A stretch of DNA of 64,000 bases, taken from Endozoicomonas sp. SCSIO W0465. GTDB taxonomy: Bacteria > Pseudomonadota > Gammaproteobacteria > Pseudomonadales > Endozoicomonadaceae. Shown piece by piece: positions 18,474 through 29,338 of this stretch. The notes beneath the pieces were generated by a model that worked only from the letters and a program-made list of their open reading frames with translations, had not been told where the DNA came from and made no database searches. Both the position numbers and the translations under genes were made by a program. Within the stretch, counting starts at the first letter, position 1. Each line of letters begins with the position of its first letter. The stretch covers positions 4,876,862 to 4,940,861 of the forward strand of contig NZ_CP092417.1 in NCBI RefSeq assembly GCF_023716865.1, read 5' to 3'.

Positions 18474-21400
18474 ATGAAAACAAGTTATTGTTGTATTCGT
18501 ATTATTCTGTTTTTATGCATCTCAATTACTGGCTCGCTTCTGTATTCAGTTTCAGGGGTCGCGGCAACAGCCCATCGGGCTGAAGCTGAATGGCCAATGC
18601 AAGCGCAGCCTGATAGAAACGAAGGGATCAGTCGTCTGGTGAACACGCTGAAAACAGCGGTTGCCTGGGGCCTGGTTCCATTAAGTTCGGAAATCGCCCT
18701 GAACATCAGCAAGGATTATTTAAAACGGAATCGTTATGCCTTTCTATTAAGCTTACTCGCCATCCACGGCAGTAATATCCGGCGATCAACCAGCCAGCAT
18801 CTGACCGATAATCTCAGCGCCCGGCTGGAAAGCTTCAGTTACAAAACGCTTTCGGACGAACACCTGAAAAAGCAGACCGATGATCTGCAAACCGACCTTC
18901 TGTTCCGTTCCCTGTTTACTTTTTCCATTCTTAGCATGAATGCCCAGAAAGCGAGAAAAACCTATTTCCGCCTGCAGGACATTCTTGACAATATCGCCTC
19001 CACCGCCAGACTCGCCCTGATTGATGGTGATCATGACCAGGCCAGTGCAATGCTTGCCCTTGCCGCACAGACCATGGTTTACATTCATCCCGAAGCCAGG
19101 GCCAGTGACGGGGCTGACAGTATCAAAACCCACTTCAATTATCGTATTGACTGGTCCGGGATGCCGGAATTTCGAACCGATCTCCAGCGCCATCTGCAAA
19201 GCATGGACCCACTGGTCAGACGTTCAACATTGATTAACCTGCGTTACTGCGATCTCCTGAATCAGTGGCAGATCAGTTATCAGGACTGCAGCCCCTATGA
19301 AAAGGGTGCCATAGCGGAGCTGGAGGGCATGGCCATCATGGCCGAAAAGGAGACAGAACCAGGGATCATCCAGTCCGCCCTCAAAGGTATTCCTGAGCAA
19401 CATATCAGAAATTCCATTTTCATTATGGGGGTTTCGGTCCCGGCAGTAATTCTCTATTTCCTGAACAAAAAGGAGTCGCCGGTTATCTACACGGTAGTTG
19501 ACCATTTTGCCAAGGTAACCGGCATGGCAACCACCAAATCAACCATTGAACGGCTCTCCTCCAATACCCGCCGAAGTCTTGAAAACTGGGGTGCCATTGA
19601 TACCGGCAAAGGGAGTTCATCATCTCCGACCGGGGAATTTGCCAACCATTATTTTAATACCCTGCAAAAAAATGCCACCGCCATTCTCGCCGAACAGCCC
19701 AACTTTGCCCGCTCCAATGCCCAGCGTGCCCTGGAGGCCCTGGTCGTTAATCTGGCAGAAGCCTTCAGCCTGCAGCGGGTCAATGATAATCCGGCCAGCG
19801 CTGATCTTCTGGCCGCAGCGCTGGTGCAGAATTACCGGGAAAACGTTGAAGTCACCCATGATGACAGTCTGATCCGTTCAACCCTGCTGGCCTATCGGCC
19901 ACTGCATAATCAGGAATTGATCCCTGAGGTCATTGAGGCCCTGAAAATTCTCGAACCTGAATACAAAACCAAACAAAAGGTGAGGCAGTGGTATCAGCAA
20001 CAACTGGCAGCCTGGCACAGACTTTCGTCACCGGATAGCCCGGAACAGGATCTGCCTGATTTCCCCGATATACCCTGGATCAGTCAGGTTCCTCTGCTGC
20101 CTCCCGGGAACCAAAACCCGGCCAGCTCTGCCAGCTGGTATCAGAGCTACCTTCCGGACAAGGAAACCATATCCACGATGACCATCCACGGTACTGCCCT
20201 GAGCTATTCAATACTGGTCGCCATCCTTGAACCCCTGACTATCGAGCGGCTAATGGCTGGCCAGCCATCATACTGGCATCTGGCGTCCTACTACCTGTTA
20301 GCCTCCATGTTCGATTTTGGCCTGCGCTCCCTGGGTGAACCGGCAATTGTGCACCTGCAAACGGTGATCAAAAACGGGATTGGCAGCACCACGGGTATTC
20401 TGTCACCAGAGGACAAACAAATTCAGGACGAACTGGCCAATAAAGTCAATGTTCTCAACCGGAAGCTCAGTATTGAAGCCCAGACCAGCCGATCATACCG
20501 TGCGACACTGGAAGCCCTGCTAACCCGCTACTGGAGCCTGTCCAGTCATCTGTTGGCTCACGTTGAACAGTACCCGCAGTCCCAGGCTGCTGCCATGTTG
20601 GCCCTGGCTGCCTACACCCAGCGTTATTTTCACGCCGAATTTACTGAAGACAACCTGGTAATGAAAACCCTGGCAGTGGCAAGACTGAAGTCAGGCTTTG
20701 ACCTACTCAGGGAGCAGGGTGAAATTCAGAACTTCACCCGGCAGGTTTTTGCAGCCCTGAAAGCTCTGGATCCCTCGTTAGCCAAACAGGACATCAGAAA
20801 TATTTACCTGAAAATACTGAAAAGCTGGGGCCTTAACCTTGAAATACAGACGTTGGCCGAATCACAGGACGTACTGGATACCTGGGCCTCCTATGGTGAT
20901 TACCTGCTGGGAGCAGTAGGATTTTCCACCCAGGCCATGGTAAAAGCACTCGTCCATGGCAATGAAGTGATCAGCCGGTCAATGGCCAATTTCTTTGTCA
21001 ATATTTTTGAATACGGAACTACTGATTCACTAAGGAAGAAGATTTACGCCTGGTCCCGGTTGAAAATGCTCAATGTCGTCTCCTTCTACCCGGAGGAAGA
21101 AATGATCGGTGTCAATTTTGCCAATACGGAAATGACCGACTCATTTCGCCGCCAGAAATTCTATTTTGGCAAACCGGAACTGGATATGCGGACACAATTG
21201 ATCCAGATTATCACTGCTATTGCCAACGGTTATTATCAGGCAATCATCCAGATTGATGCTGACCGCCAGAGCGATGATGTGATCGATCGGGGAACGCTGA
21301 ATAATGTGGAAAACTTGCTGGCTCTCACCGTTCTCCGGCTGGTTCTGTTTGCACCGGATCTGGCCGCCGATGACCTGTATATCCTGCAATCGATCAGCAT

Positions 21401-21596
21401 ACTGTCACTGCCCATCAGGGATGAGCTGCCTCCCATGCGTGAGCCCATCATCGCCAAAATAAAAACAGCCCTTGACTCTCTGGCAGTTGACGACAAGAGT
21501 CTGATAGAAGATTGTATGAATAAGGCAATGTTGATTATCGATAACTGGCTTCAGTCGCCTCAAGAGAGTACCTTCTCGGATACTGTCCCTGAATAA
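18474..21596 (+). CDS. large hypothetical secreted/membrane protein (orphan)
   Basis: 1040 aa. N-terminal signal-like segment (IRIILFLCISITGSLLYSVSGVAA) and several internal hydrophobic segments. Recurring helical module (ASAMLALAAQT / ADLLAAALVQN / AAAMLALAAYT). Preceded by a strongly AT-rich 270-bp region. Confidence 0.5.
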   Translation: MKTSYCCIRIILFLCISITGSLLYSVSGVAATAHRAEAEWPMQAQPDRNEGISRLVNTLKTAVAWGLVPLSSEIALNISKDYLKRNRYAFLLSLLAIHGSNIRRSTSQHLTDNLSARLESFSYKTLSDEHLKKQTDDLQTDLLFRSLFTFSILSMNAQKARKTYFRLQDILDNIASTARLALIDGDHDQASAMLALAAQTMVYIHPEARASDGADSIKTHFNYRIDWSGMPEFRTDLQRHLQSMDPLVRRSTLINLRYCDLLNQWQISYQDCSPYEKGAIAELEGMAIMAEKETEPGIIQSALKGIPEQHIRNSIFIMGVSVPAVILYFLNKKESPVIYTVVDHFAKVTGMATTKSTIERLSSNTRRSLENWGAIDTGKGSSSSPTGEFANHYFNTLQKNATAILAEQPNFARSNAQRALEALVVNLAEAFSLQRVNDNPASADLLAAALVQNYRENVEVTHDDSLIRSTLLAYRPLHNQELIPEVIEALKILEPEYKTKQKVRQWYQQQLAAWHRLSSPDSPEQDLPDFPDIPWISQVPLLPPGNQNPASSASWYQSYLPDKETISTMTIHGTALSYSILVAILEPLTIERLMAGQPSYWHLASYYLLASMFDFGLRSLGEPAIVHLQTVIKNGIGSTTGILSPEDKQIQDELANKVNVLNRKLSIEAQTSRSYRATLEALLTRYWSLSSHLLAHVEQYPQSQAAAMLALAAYTQRYFHAEFTEDNLVMKTLAVARLKSGFDLLREQGEIQNFTRQVFAALKALDPSLAKQDIRNIYLKILKSWGLNLEIQTLAESQDVLDTWASYGDYLLGAVGFSTQAMVKALVHGNEVISRSMANFFVNIFEYGTTDSLRKKIYAWSRLKMLNVVSFYPEEEMIGVNFANTEMTDSFRRQKFYFGKPELDMRTQLIQIITAIANGYYQAIIQIDADRQSDDVIDRGTLNNVENLLALTVLRLVLFAPDLAADDLYILQSISILSLPIRDELPPMREPIIAKIKTALDSLAVDDKSLIEDCMNKAMLIIDNWLQSPQESTFSDTVPE

Positions 21597-21599
21597 CGC

Positions 21600-21629
21600 C
21601 TTTTCTGCACTTTTCTGCACTTTTCTGCA
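21600..21629. repeat. 10-bp tandem repeat CTTTTCTGCA x3
   Basis: Read directly from the sequence, immediately after the stop codon of the 1040-aa gene. Confidence 0.9.
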
Positions 21630-21716
21630 AAAGCCCCTGCGAACAGGCACTTGTCTTTTCTATGAGCCCCGTTTTTTTCCCCCTGAGGGCTCGCCATATT
21701 CGGTACGTTTACTCAA

Positions 21717-22625
21717 ATGATGGTTCACCCAATGTTCACCAGTCACCTGTCTTTCGAAGCAACCCTGAGCCCTTCCATTAGCAGACACAGCCTGAATGGC
21801 CTGACCATTGTGAAAATTCAGAGCCCAACATGCGACGCGGCAATATCCCTTCACGGTGGCCAGCTGATTCAGTTCAAACCGGCTGGGCATCAGGATGTTA
21901 TCTGGCTCAGCAACAAAGCCATCTTCTCAGCAGAAAAAGCCATACGTGGTGGCGTCCCGGTCTGCTGGCCCTGGTTTGGGCCAGTTAGCAGCCCTTCACA
22001 CGGTTTTGCACGAATCAGTCAATGGCAGTTGCTGGACCTTACCGACAATGAACAGCTAGTTACCATTCGTCTGAAACTCAGTGCCAGTAAACAGACGCAG
22101 ACTCTCTGGCCCCATGATTTCAGTGCAGTTCTCACCTTTACCATGGGAGAAACGCTGCGCATCAATCTGGAAATGACCAACACTGGCGAGAGCTCCTGGC
22201 AATGGAGTGGTGCTCTGCACACCTACTTCAATATTGCTGAAGCAACCGAAACCTGGATTACCGGTGCAGGTACTACCTACATCGACAACCGACAAAATAA
22301 TTTGTTCTGCGAAACATCCGAAGCCCTGATCATCAATCAGCCTATTGACCGGGTTTATACTGCCCCGGATGAAACCATCGACATCCATGATCAGGGTAAT
22401 CAGCGCATTATCCATGTCCGAAATGAAGGGCATAACACAGCCGTTATCTGGAACCCATGGAAAGAGCTGAGCAGAAGCATGGGCGATATGAGTGACGACG
22501 GTTACGAGACAATGGTTTGCGTTGAAGCCAACCAATATGCAAAAGACCTTGCATCAGGTGCGCTGTTGATGCCTGGTGAAAACAATGCATTAAGCACGGA
22601 AATCAGCGTTACTTCTTTAGCATAA
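21717..22625 (+). CDS. D-hexose-6-phosphate mutarotase (aldose 1-epimerase family, YeaD-like)
   Basis: Motifs AIRGGVPVCWPWFGP and HGFAR...W, plus the later VIWNPW, are typical of glucose-6-phosphate 1-epimerases. Confidence 0.8.
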   Translation: MMVHPMFTSHLSFEATLSPSISRHSLNGLTIVKIQSPTCDAAISLHGGQLIQFKPAGHQDVIWLSNKAIFSAEKAIRGGVPVCWPWFGPVSSPSHGFARISQWQLLDLTDNEQLVTIRLKLSASKQTQTLWPHDFSAVLTFTMGETLRINLEMTNTGESSWQWSGALHTYFNIAEATETWITGAGTTYIDNRQNNLFCETSEALIINQPIDRVYTAPDETIDIHDQGNQRIIHVRNEGHNTAVIWNPWKELSRSMGDMSDDGYETMVCVEANQYAKDLASGALLMPGENNALSTEISVTSLA

Positions 22626-22670
22626 CCTACCCTGAATACACTCCCCGGGACCCATGGGAGTGTACTCTTA

Positions 22671-23294
22671 TCATCGGGTTGCTGCGGCCAGAATCATTTC
22701 CACGGCGCTGTCGGACATCGCATCAATGGCGTTTCTATCCAGGTAGATCCCATCATTTAATAAACGACTCATTCCATGCAGCATGCTCCAACTCACCTGG
22801 GCAAGGCGCAGACAATCAACATCTTTTAACTTACCCCTGTCCTGCCCTCCTTCCAATGCTTGTCTTAACCGCCGGATAAGGTTGACATAGTCCTGAAAAC
22901 AGGCAAAAGAGGCTTCTTTCAAACTCTCTGTTGGCGCACCATTTTTCCAGACCGGACGACCAAACATCAGGTCATACTCCTCCGGATACTGCCAGGAAAG
23001 ATCCAGATAGGAACGGACAAAGGCCTTTAACCAGCCGTTCATATCCCCGGACTGTTCACGCATCAGTTGCGCAAAATGTCTCTGCCACTTCTCAAAGCCC
23101 TGCTCGGCGATGGCACAGAGCAATGCGTTTTTATCTTTAAAGTGGTGATAGGCTGCCGTTCTGGAAACCCCTACCCGCTCGGCCAGGCTGCGCATGGAAA
23201 TACCGTCCACCCCCTGTTCGCCAATCATCCGGGTTGCCTCTTCAAGCAGCTTCTGTTGAAGGTTGCCATGATGGTACGGTTTTCTGACCGTCAT
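22671..23294 (-). CDS. TetR/AcrR-family transcriptional regulator
   Basis: N-terminal HTH (ISMRSLAERVGVSRTAAYHHFKDKNALL), 207 aa. Divergent from fadH. Confidence 0.85.
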   Translation of the reverse strand: MTVRKPYHHGNLQQKLLEEATRMIGEQGVDGISMRSLAERVGVSRTAAYHHFKDKNALLCAIAEQGFEKWQRHFAQLMREQSGDMNGWLKAFVRSYLDLSWQYPEEYDLMFGRPVWKNGAPTESLKEASFACFQDYVNLIRRLRQALEGGQDRGKLKDVDCLRLAQVSWSMLHGMSRLLNDGIYLDRNAIDAMSDSAVEMILAAATR

Positions 23295-23360
23295 AAGTCG
23301 TTTAAAGCCCTCTGCTATCTATTATCTGCTGCAACAAAACGGTGAAGTCGAAGACCAATG

Positions 23361-25461
<2,101 letters not shown>

Positions 25462-25508
25462 CACACATGTTCATGACCGCTGTCACGGTCACCCCACACC
25501 ATAACAAT

Positions 25509-25542
25509 CATGCTCTGCCACCATCAACCGGGGCAGAGCATG
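25509..25542 (+). terminator. stem-loop downstream of fadH (possible terminator)
   Basis: 11-bp perfect stem CATGCTCTGCC / GGCAGAGCATG with a 12-nt loop. The T-run starts only ~14 nt further on, so the call is weak. Confidence 0.3.
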
Positions 25543-25651
25543 AAAGTGAGTGGGTCTTTTTCAGTACCGATGATCAGGCAAAAATTTTGACATATTGCCA
25601 TTTTCATCTTTATTGAAAGATGGTCACCAAACGTAAAGTAGTTCCTGCATA

Positions 25652-26713
25652 ATGAACACGAATACCTTACTGCCCATGGCAACGTACAATTACGGAACTA
25701 ATTTAGCTACGCCGGGCAGTGCTGAAAATCTTTCTCATCCCGCCCTCTGGCAGGGTTGGCCGGTAAATGCCACCAGCCACGTGAGCCAAATGGTGCCATA
25801 TCCCTCTTCTGCTTCAGAGGAAACCCTTAACGCACATCCACAATCACACCCTCAACTACAACCAGGACCACAACCAGAACCACAACCACTCTCTATCTAC
25901 AATACAACAGCATTACCTGCTACGCAGCCAAACTTGATGTTGAATCAATCTCTCAATTACCCCGGTAATCCGCTTGCACCTCACTCCGGAATTAAAGACC
26001 CAACCGACACTTCGCCGGAGCTTTACCCCCAACGGTCTGACTGTTCGACCCGGGAACTCTCAGAGGCTGAACTGTATGATTTATGTTATCCGAACCGGGA
26101 GGACACCAGCAGACCCTTCTACCCTCCGGTTCGCAGAAGACAGAACGATATACCAAAGAACAGCTCAGCAACCAGCCATCAACCAGTCCGATACTCTCCC
26201 TACGCAAGGCCGGTTCGCAGTGAGCCCGACAATAGCAATAGCGCCACAACACATTTACACGGAACCAGCATGGCAATGCCCTTTGGCGCTATCACGATCG
26301 GAGAGGGAATGTCCGATAAAAACAGGGTTCTGGAAATTCTGGAATTACTGCAAGGGAATACCACTGAAGCCAGAATCATCTATGTTTGCAGAGATTTCAA
26401 AAGGGGTGTCGCTGTGTTAAATGATTCCGGGCTATTCATCAAGTCCCGATTTTCGGCAGGTAGAAGTACTATTAACAAAGCGTTTCAAAAAACAGGCAGC
26501 TTGAGTTTCATGGAAATGGGAAAACAGGTTAGAGGAAAGCTTCAGATTAACGGAAAGAAACTCAGACAGTACATTGACTGCCAGCCCAACAATGCGTTTA
26601 GAAACCACCAGTTTCAGGCTAACCATGTAGAAAAAATACCCATTCACATAAAAGTTTATGAGTTCCCAGAAGAGCAAATACCGGGTACAAGGAGTTCAAT
26701 TACCGGAGTGTAA
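25652..26713 (+). CDS. hypothetical protein, Pro/Gln-rich N-terminal half (orphan)
   Basis: 353 aa. Low-complexity region HPQSHPQLQPGPQPEPQP. The C-terminal ~140 aa look globular. No SD sequence. Confidence 0.4.
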   Translation: MNTNTLLPMATYNYGTNLATPGSAENLSHPALWQGWPVNATSHVSQMVPYPSSASEETLNAHPQSHPQLQPGPQPEPQPLSIYNTTALPATQPNLMLNQSLNYPGNPLAPHSGIKDPTDTSPELYPQRSDCSTRELSEAELYDLCYPNREDTSRPFYPPVRRRQNDIPKNSSATSHQPVRYSPYARPVRSEPDNSNSATTHLHGTSMAMPFGAITIGEGMSDKNRVLEILELLQGNTTEARIIYVCRDFKRGVAVLNDSGLFIKSRFSAGRSTINKAFQKTGSLSFMEMGKQVRGKLQINGKKLRQYIDCQPNNAFRNHQFQANHVEKIPIHIKVYEFPEEQIPGTRSSITGV

Positions 26714-26943
26714 AACACCAAATTTAAATGTTAATTCGAATTACTTACGTCATCATTCCGTTATTAAACACAAACCATCAACAAATCCCGACTGTAAAGC
26801 TCTCAAAGCAAGGAATTAACCATTTAAGAGGGCCCCTTTCCTGTTCTTTCCCAATTAGCCCTGGATGATTGAAGCGTCTTAAAACAATGCCACCCATGGG
26901 AACTTTTTGAAAAAACAACAATCTCAAAGTAAGGGTCTGGGAA

Positions 26944-28052
26944 GGCTAAGTTACCGTTAATGGTTGAATCAGCTAAACTCCCATAAAATCTACGTTGTAG
27001 GGGAGTGATATGCAATCTGAACTCTTCAAGAATTTTATTGATTCCATTTCAACATTAACCAGTGAACAGCGAGACATTCTTAACAACTCGCTCCTTAGTA
27101 CTCAAATAGAGGTTACCGAGGTAGTAGAAACCACTGACTCTGAACCTGTTTACAGTGAATCTATACCCAATAACGATAATGCAACACCTGACGTAGAAAA
27201 GAGCATACTTGCCCAATTTGCCGAAAACCCCAGGTGCCCCAAATGCAAAAGCCATAGCGTTGGTCGCTGGGGCATACGAAATGGCCGACAGCGCTACCAC
27301 TGCAAGACTTGCGACTCAACGTTTAACGCCTTTAGTGGAACGCCTTTGGCAAGGCTCAGGCACCCTGAAAAATGGAACAAGTACCTCGCAGGTATGACTC
27401 ACTCTATGGTCTTGCGACCAGCTGCTGCTGAGAATGCCATTGACTTGAAAACTGCGTTCCGCTGGCGTCACCGCTTTCTTGAAGTGATTAATAATGATCA
27501 AGCAGAAGAGCTTTGTGGCATTACTGAGCTTGATGAAACATTTTTCCGTGAATCCTTCAAAGGGCAAAGAGAAGGCCTTCCACGGCCAACCCGAAAGCGG
27601 GGTAATGATCCCAACAAAGCCCGAAAAGTCCCGGTAATGGTGGCTCGGGACCGTAATCGAAATACCGTTGACGGTGTATTAGAAAACGAAAGTGCTAATG
27701 AATTGTGCAGGCATTTAAATGGCCGCATATCGATACAGGCCACGGTCTGTGCGGATGCACACCTCGCTCACGAAAAACTTGCTGACAAGCTTGGATTTGT
27801 CTTCAAGGAGCTGGTGACATCAGCAGGTCAACATGTTGTTGAAGGCATCTACCACATCCAGACTGTAAATTCTTATCACAGTCATTTAAAACGCTGGATT
27901 GGCGGCGTATTCCAAGGGGTTGCAACTCGTTACCTTCCCCATTATCTGGCCTGGAGGCGAGAACTGACGGCAGCAAAAAAATTAACTGTTGGCCGGTTGA
28001 TCAGCAGAATTACTGAACATTGGTGCTTCCAACCATTAACGGTAACTTAGCC
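26944..28052 (+). mobile_element. IS1595-family insertion sequence, copy 1
   Basis: 23-bp perfect IRs GGCTAAGTTACCGTTAATGGTTG. 9-bp TSD GTCTGGGAA (26935-26943 and 28053-28061). 1109 bp. Confidence 0.85.
27010..28050 (+). CDS. IS1595-family (ISXO2-like) transposase
   Basis: N-terminal zinc ribbon CPKCKSHSVGRWG...RYHCKTCDSTF, followed by a DDE domain. 346 aa. Confidence 0.85.
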   Translation: MQSELFKNFIDSISTLTSEQRDILNNSLLSTQIEVTEVVETTDSEPVYSESIPNNDNATPDVEKSILAQFAENPRCPKCKSHSVGRWGIRNGRQRYHCKTCDSTFNAFSGTPLARLRHPEKWNKYLAGMTHSMVLRPAAAENAIDLKTAFRWRHRFLEVINNDQAEELCGITELDETFFRESFKGQREGLPRPTRKRGNDPNKARKVPVMVARDRNRNTVDGVLENESANELCRHLNGRISIQATVCADAHLAHEKLADKLGFVFKELVTSAGQHVVEGIYHIQTVNSYHSHLKRWIGGVFQGVATRYLPHYLAWRRELTAAKKLTVGRLISRITEHWCFQPLTVT

Positions 28053-28061
28053 GTCTGGGAA

Positions 28062-28260
28062 GCTGACCGAGAATAGCGCCCGTCCAGGCGACCCCGTAGC
28101 GAGGATGGCAGAAAATTGAGGATAAAAATTCGGTTTTGTGAGGAGAATAACGTGCTATCTGACGAATAAAAGTGGGTTTTTATTTCTATCACCGCATGGA
28201 TGCAAGAGCTAGAGCAACGCAGGAGCAGTTGCCGTGCAGGGCAGACTATTCTCGGTCAGC
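28062..28260. repeat. inverted repeat pair (MITE-like or structured element)
   Basis: GCTGACCGAGAATAG at 28062-28076 and its exact reverse complement at 28246-28260. Weaker complementarity extends inward. The element abuts the TSD of IS1595 copy 1. Confidence 0.4.
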
Positions 28261-28302
28261 CTCTTAGTGCAGAAAAGCGCTAATACCCATACAGCCAGTC
28301 CC

Positions 28303-28448
28303 CTCGTACCCATGCTCTGCGTGGGAATGCATACGGATCTGGCAGCATGAGAAAGAACCACTGCTTGGTAGGGTTTTCGGGGGCTCCATGCGAGTATGGT
28401 ATTTGTGGCGGGATCGGTATGCATTCCCACGCAGAGCGTGGGAACGAG
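28303..28448. repeat. REP-like palindromic element pair
   Basis: 37-bp arms CTCGTACCCATGCTCTGCGTGGGAATGCATACGGATC (28303-28339) and the inverted copy (28412-28448) match at 34 of 37 positions. Each arm contains its own small hairpin (CCCA..TGGG). Translations of the region give the AWEC/ERGNE-type strings typical of REP elements. Confidence 0.55.
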
Positions 28449-28601
28449 ATGTCCGGAGTGTCCGCAGGGTTTTGCGACAACCGTGGGACCGTAAGAACGA
28501 GGTGCTTGTGTATTATAACAACGCTTGGCCGCACTAGTTGTTGGTACGACCATTACAACATCCCCCACTACTGACTCTCAAAAAAACAAAGGATACAACC
28601 A

Positions 28602-29216
28602 ATGACCTTGCGCCCATTACTACTTCCCTTGCTGCTTTCTAATGCAGTAATAGCTTTCGCAGGTAATGATTATAACTATACATTTATTAATACCGGCGTT
28701 GGCTATAACAACCAGAATCAAAGTACACAAAATATTGATGGAACCACCTGGTTTGTAAACGGTGCCTATAAAATTCCTTCAATACCGGTCATCCTTAACG
28801 CAGGATTCGCCTACGGACGTATTGATAAAGACGAAGTGGCCAGCAATGTCGAGATTGGTAGCAACGCTTACTTTGCCGGTGCCAGCCTGTTGTTGAAGCC
28901 AACGGACAGGTTACATGTTATTCCATCGGTCACCAGTGGCCGACTTAGCAATGGCTTCCGTGTAGATGACGATACAGCGAAGGATAAAGTGACTGCCTAC
29001 TCAGCATCAATGGCTGCCCGTTATCACCTGGAGCGAGGCCTCTGGCTGAATACTGGTTATATGCTGCAATACTACGACCGGAGTGAAGATGACCATAACG
29101 GCTTTTTCACTGCCGGGGCAGAATATCAAGTCGACAAGGAGTGGGGTTTTGGCCTGAACTATCGTGGCAATTCTGACCAATACACGACCCAGCTTTTTGT
29201 AAAGCTGTTCTTCTGA
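28602..29216 (+). CDS. small outer-membrane beta-barrel protein (family uncertain)
   Basis: Signal peptide (LLLPLLLSNAVIAFA), alternating beta pattern with G/Y/N-rich turns, C-terminal ...LFVKLFF. Confidence 0.55.
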   Translation: MTLRPLLLPLLLSNAVIAFAGNDYNYTFINTGVGYNNQNQSTQNIDGTTWFVNGAYKIPSIPVILNAGFAYGRIDKDEVASNVEIGSNAYFAGASLLLKPTDRLHVIPSVTSGRLSNGFRVDDDTAKDKVTAYSASMAARYHLERGLWLNTGYMLQYYDRSEDDHNGFFTAGAEYQVDKEWGFGLNYRGNSDQYTTQLFVKLFF

Positions 29217-29338
29217 GTATGACGTTTGAAGCACATTAACGAAAAAAGAAACATCTATATTTACAGAGAGCTTTGATTCATTGGCTCTTTTTTGTAACTC
29301 AGTGTCTTTGTGGTTTAAATCGAACCCCGGACAGGGGT

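Noticed and set aside
28209-28574. ORFs 28209-28568 (-), 28280-28534 (-) and 28347-28574 (+)
   Set aside because: They overlap each other on both strands and are built from the REP-like palindromes (peptides such as RSAWECIP and HAERGNE). These are typical repeat-translation artefacts.
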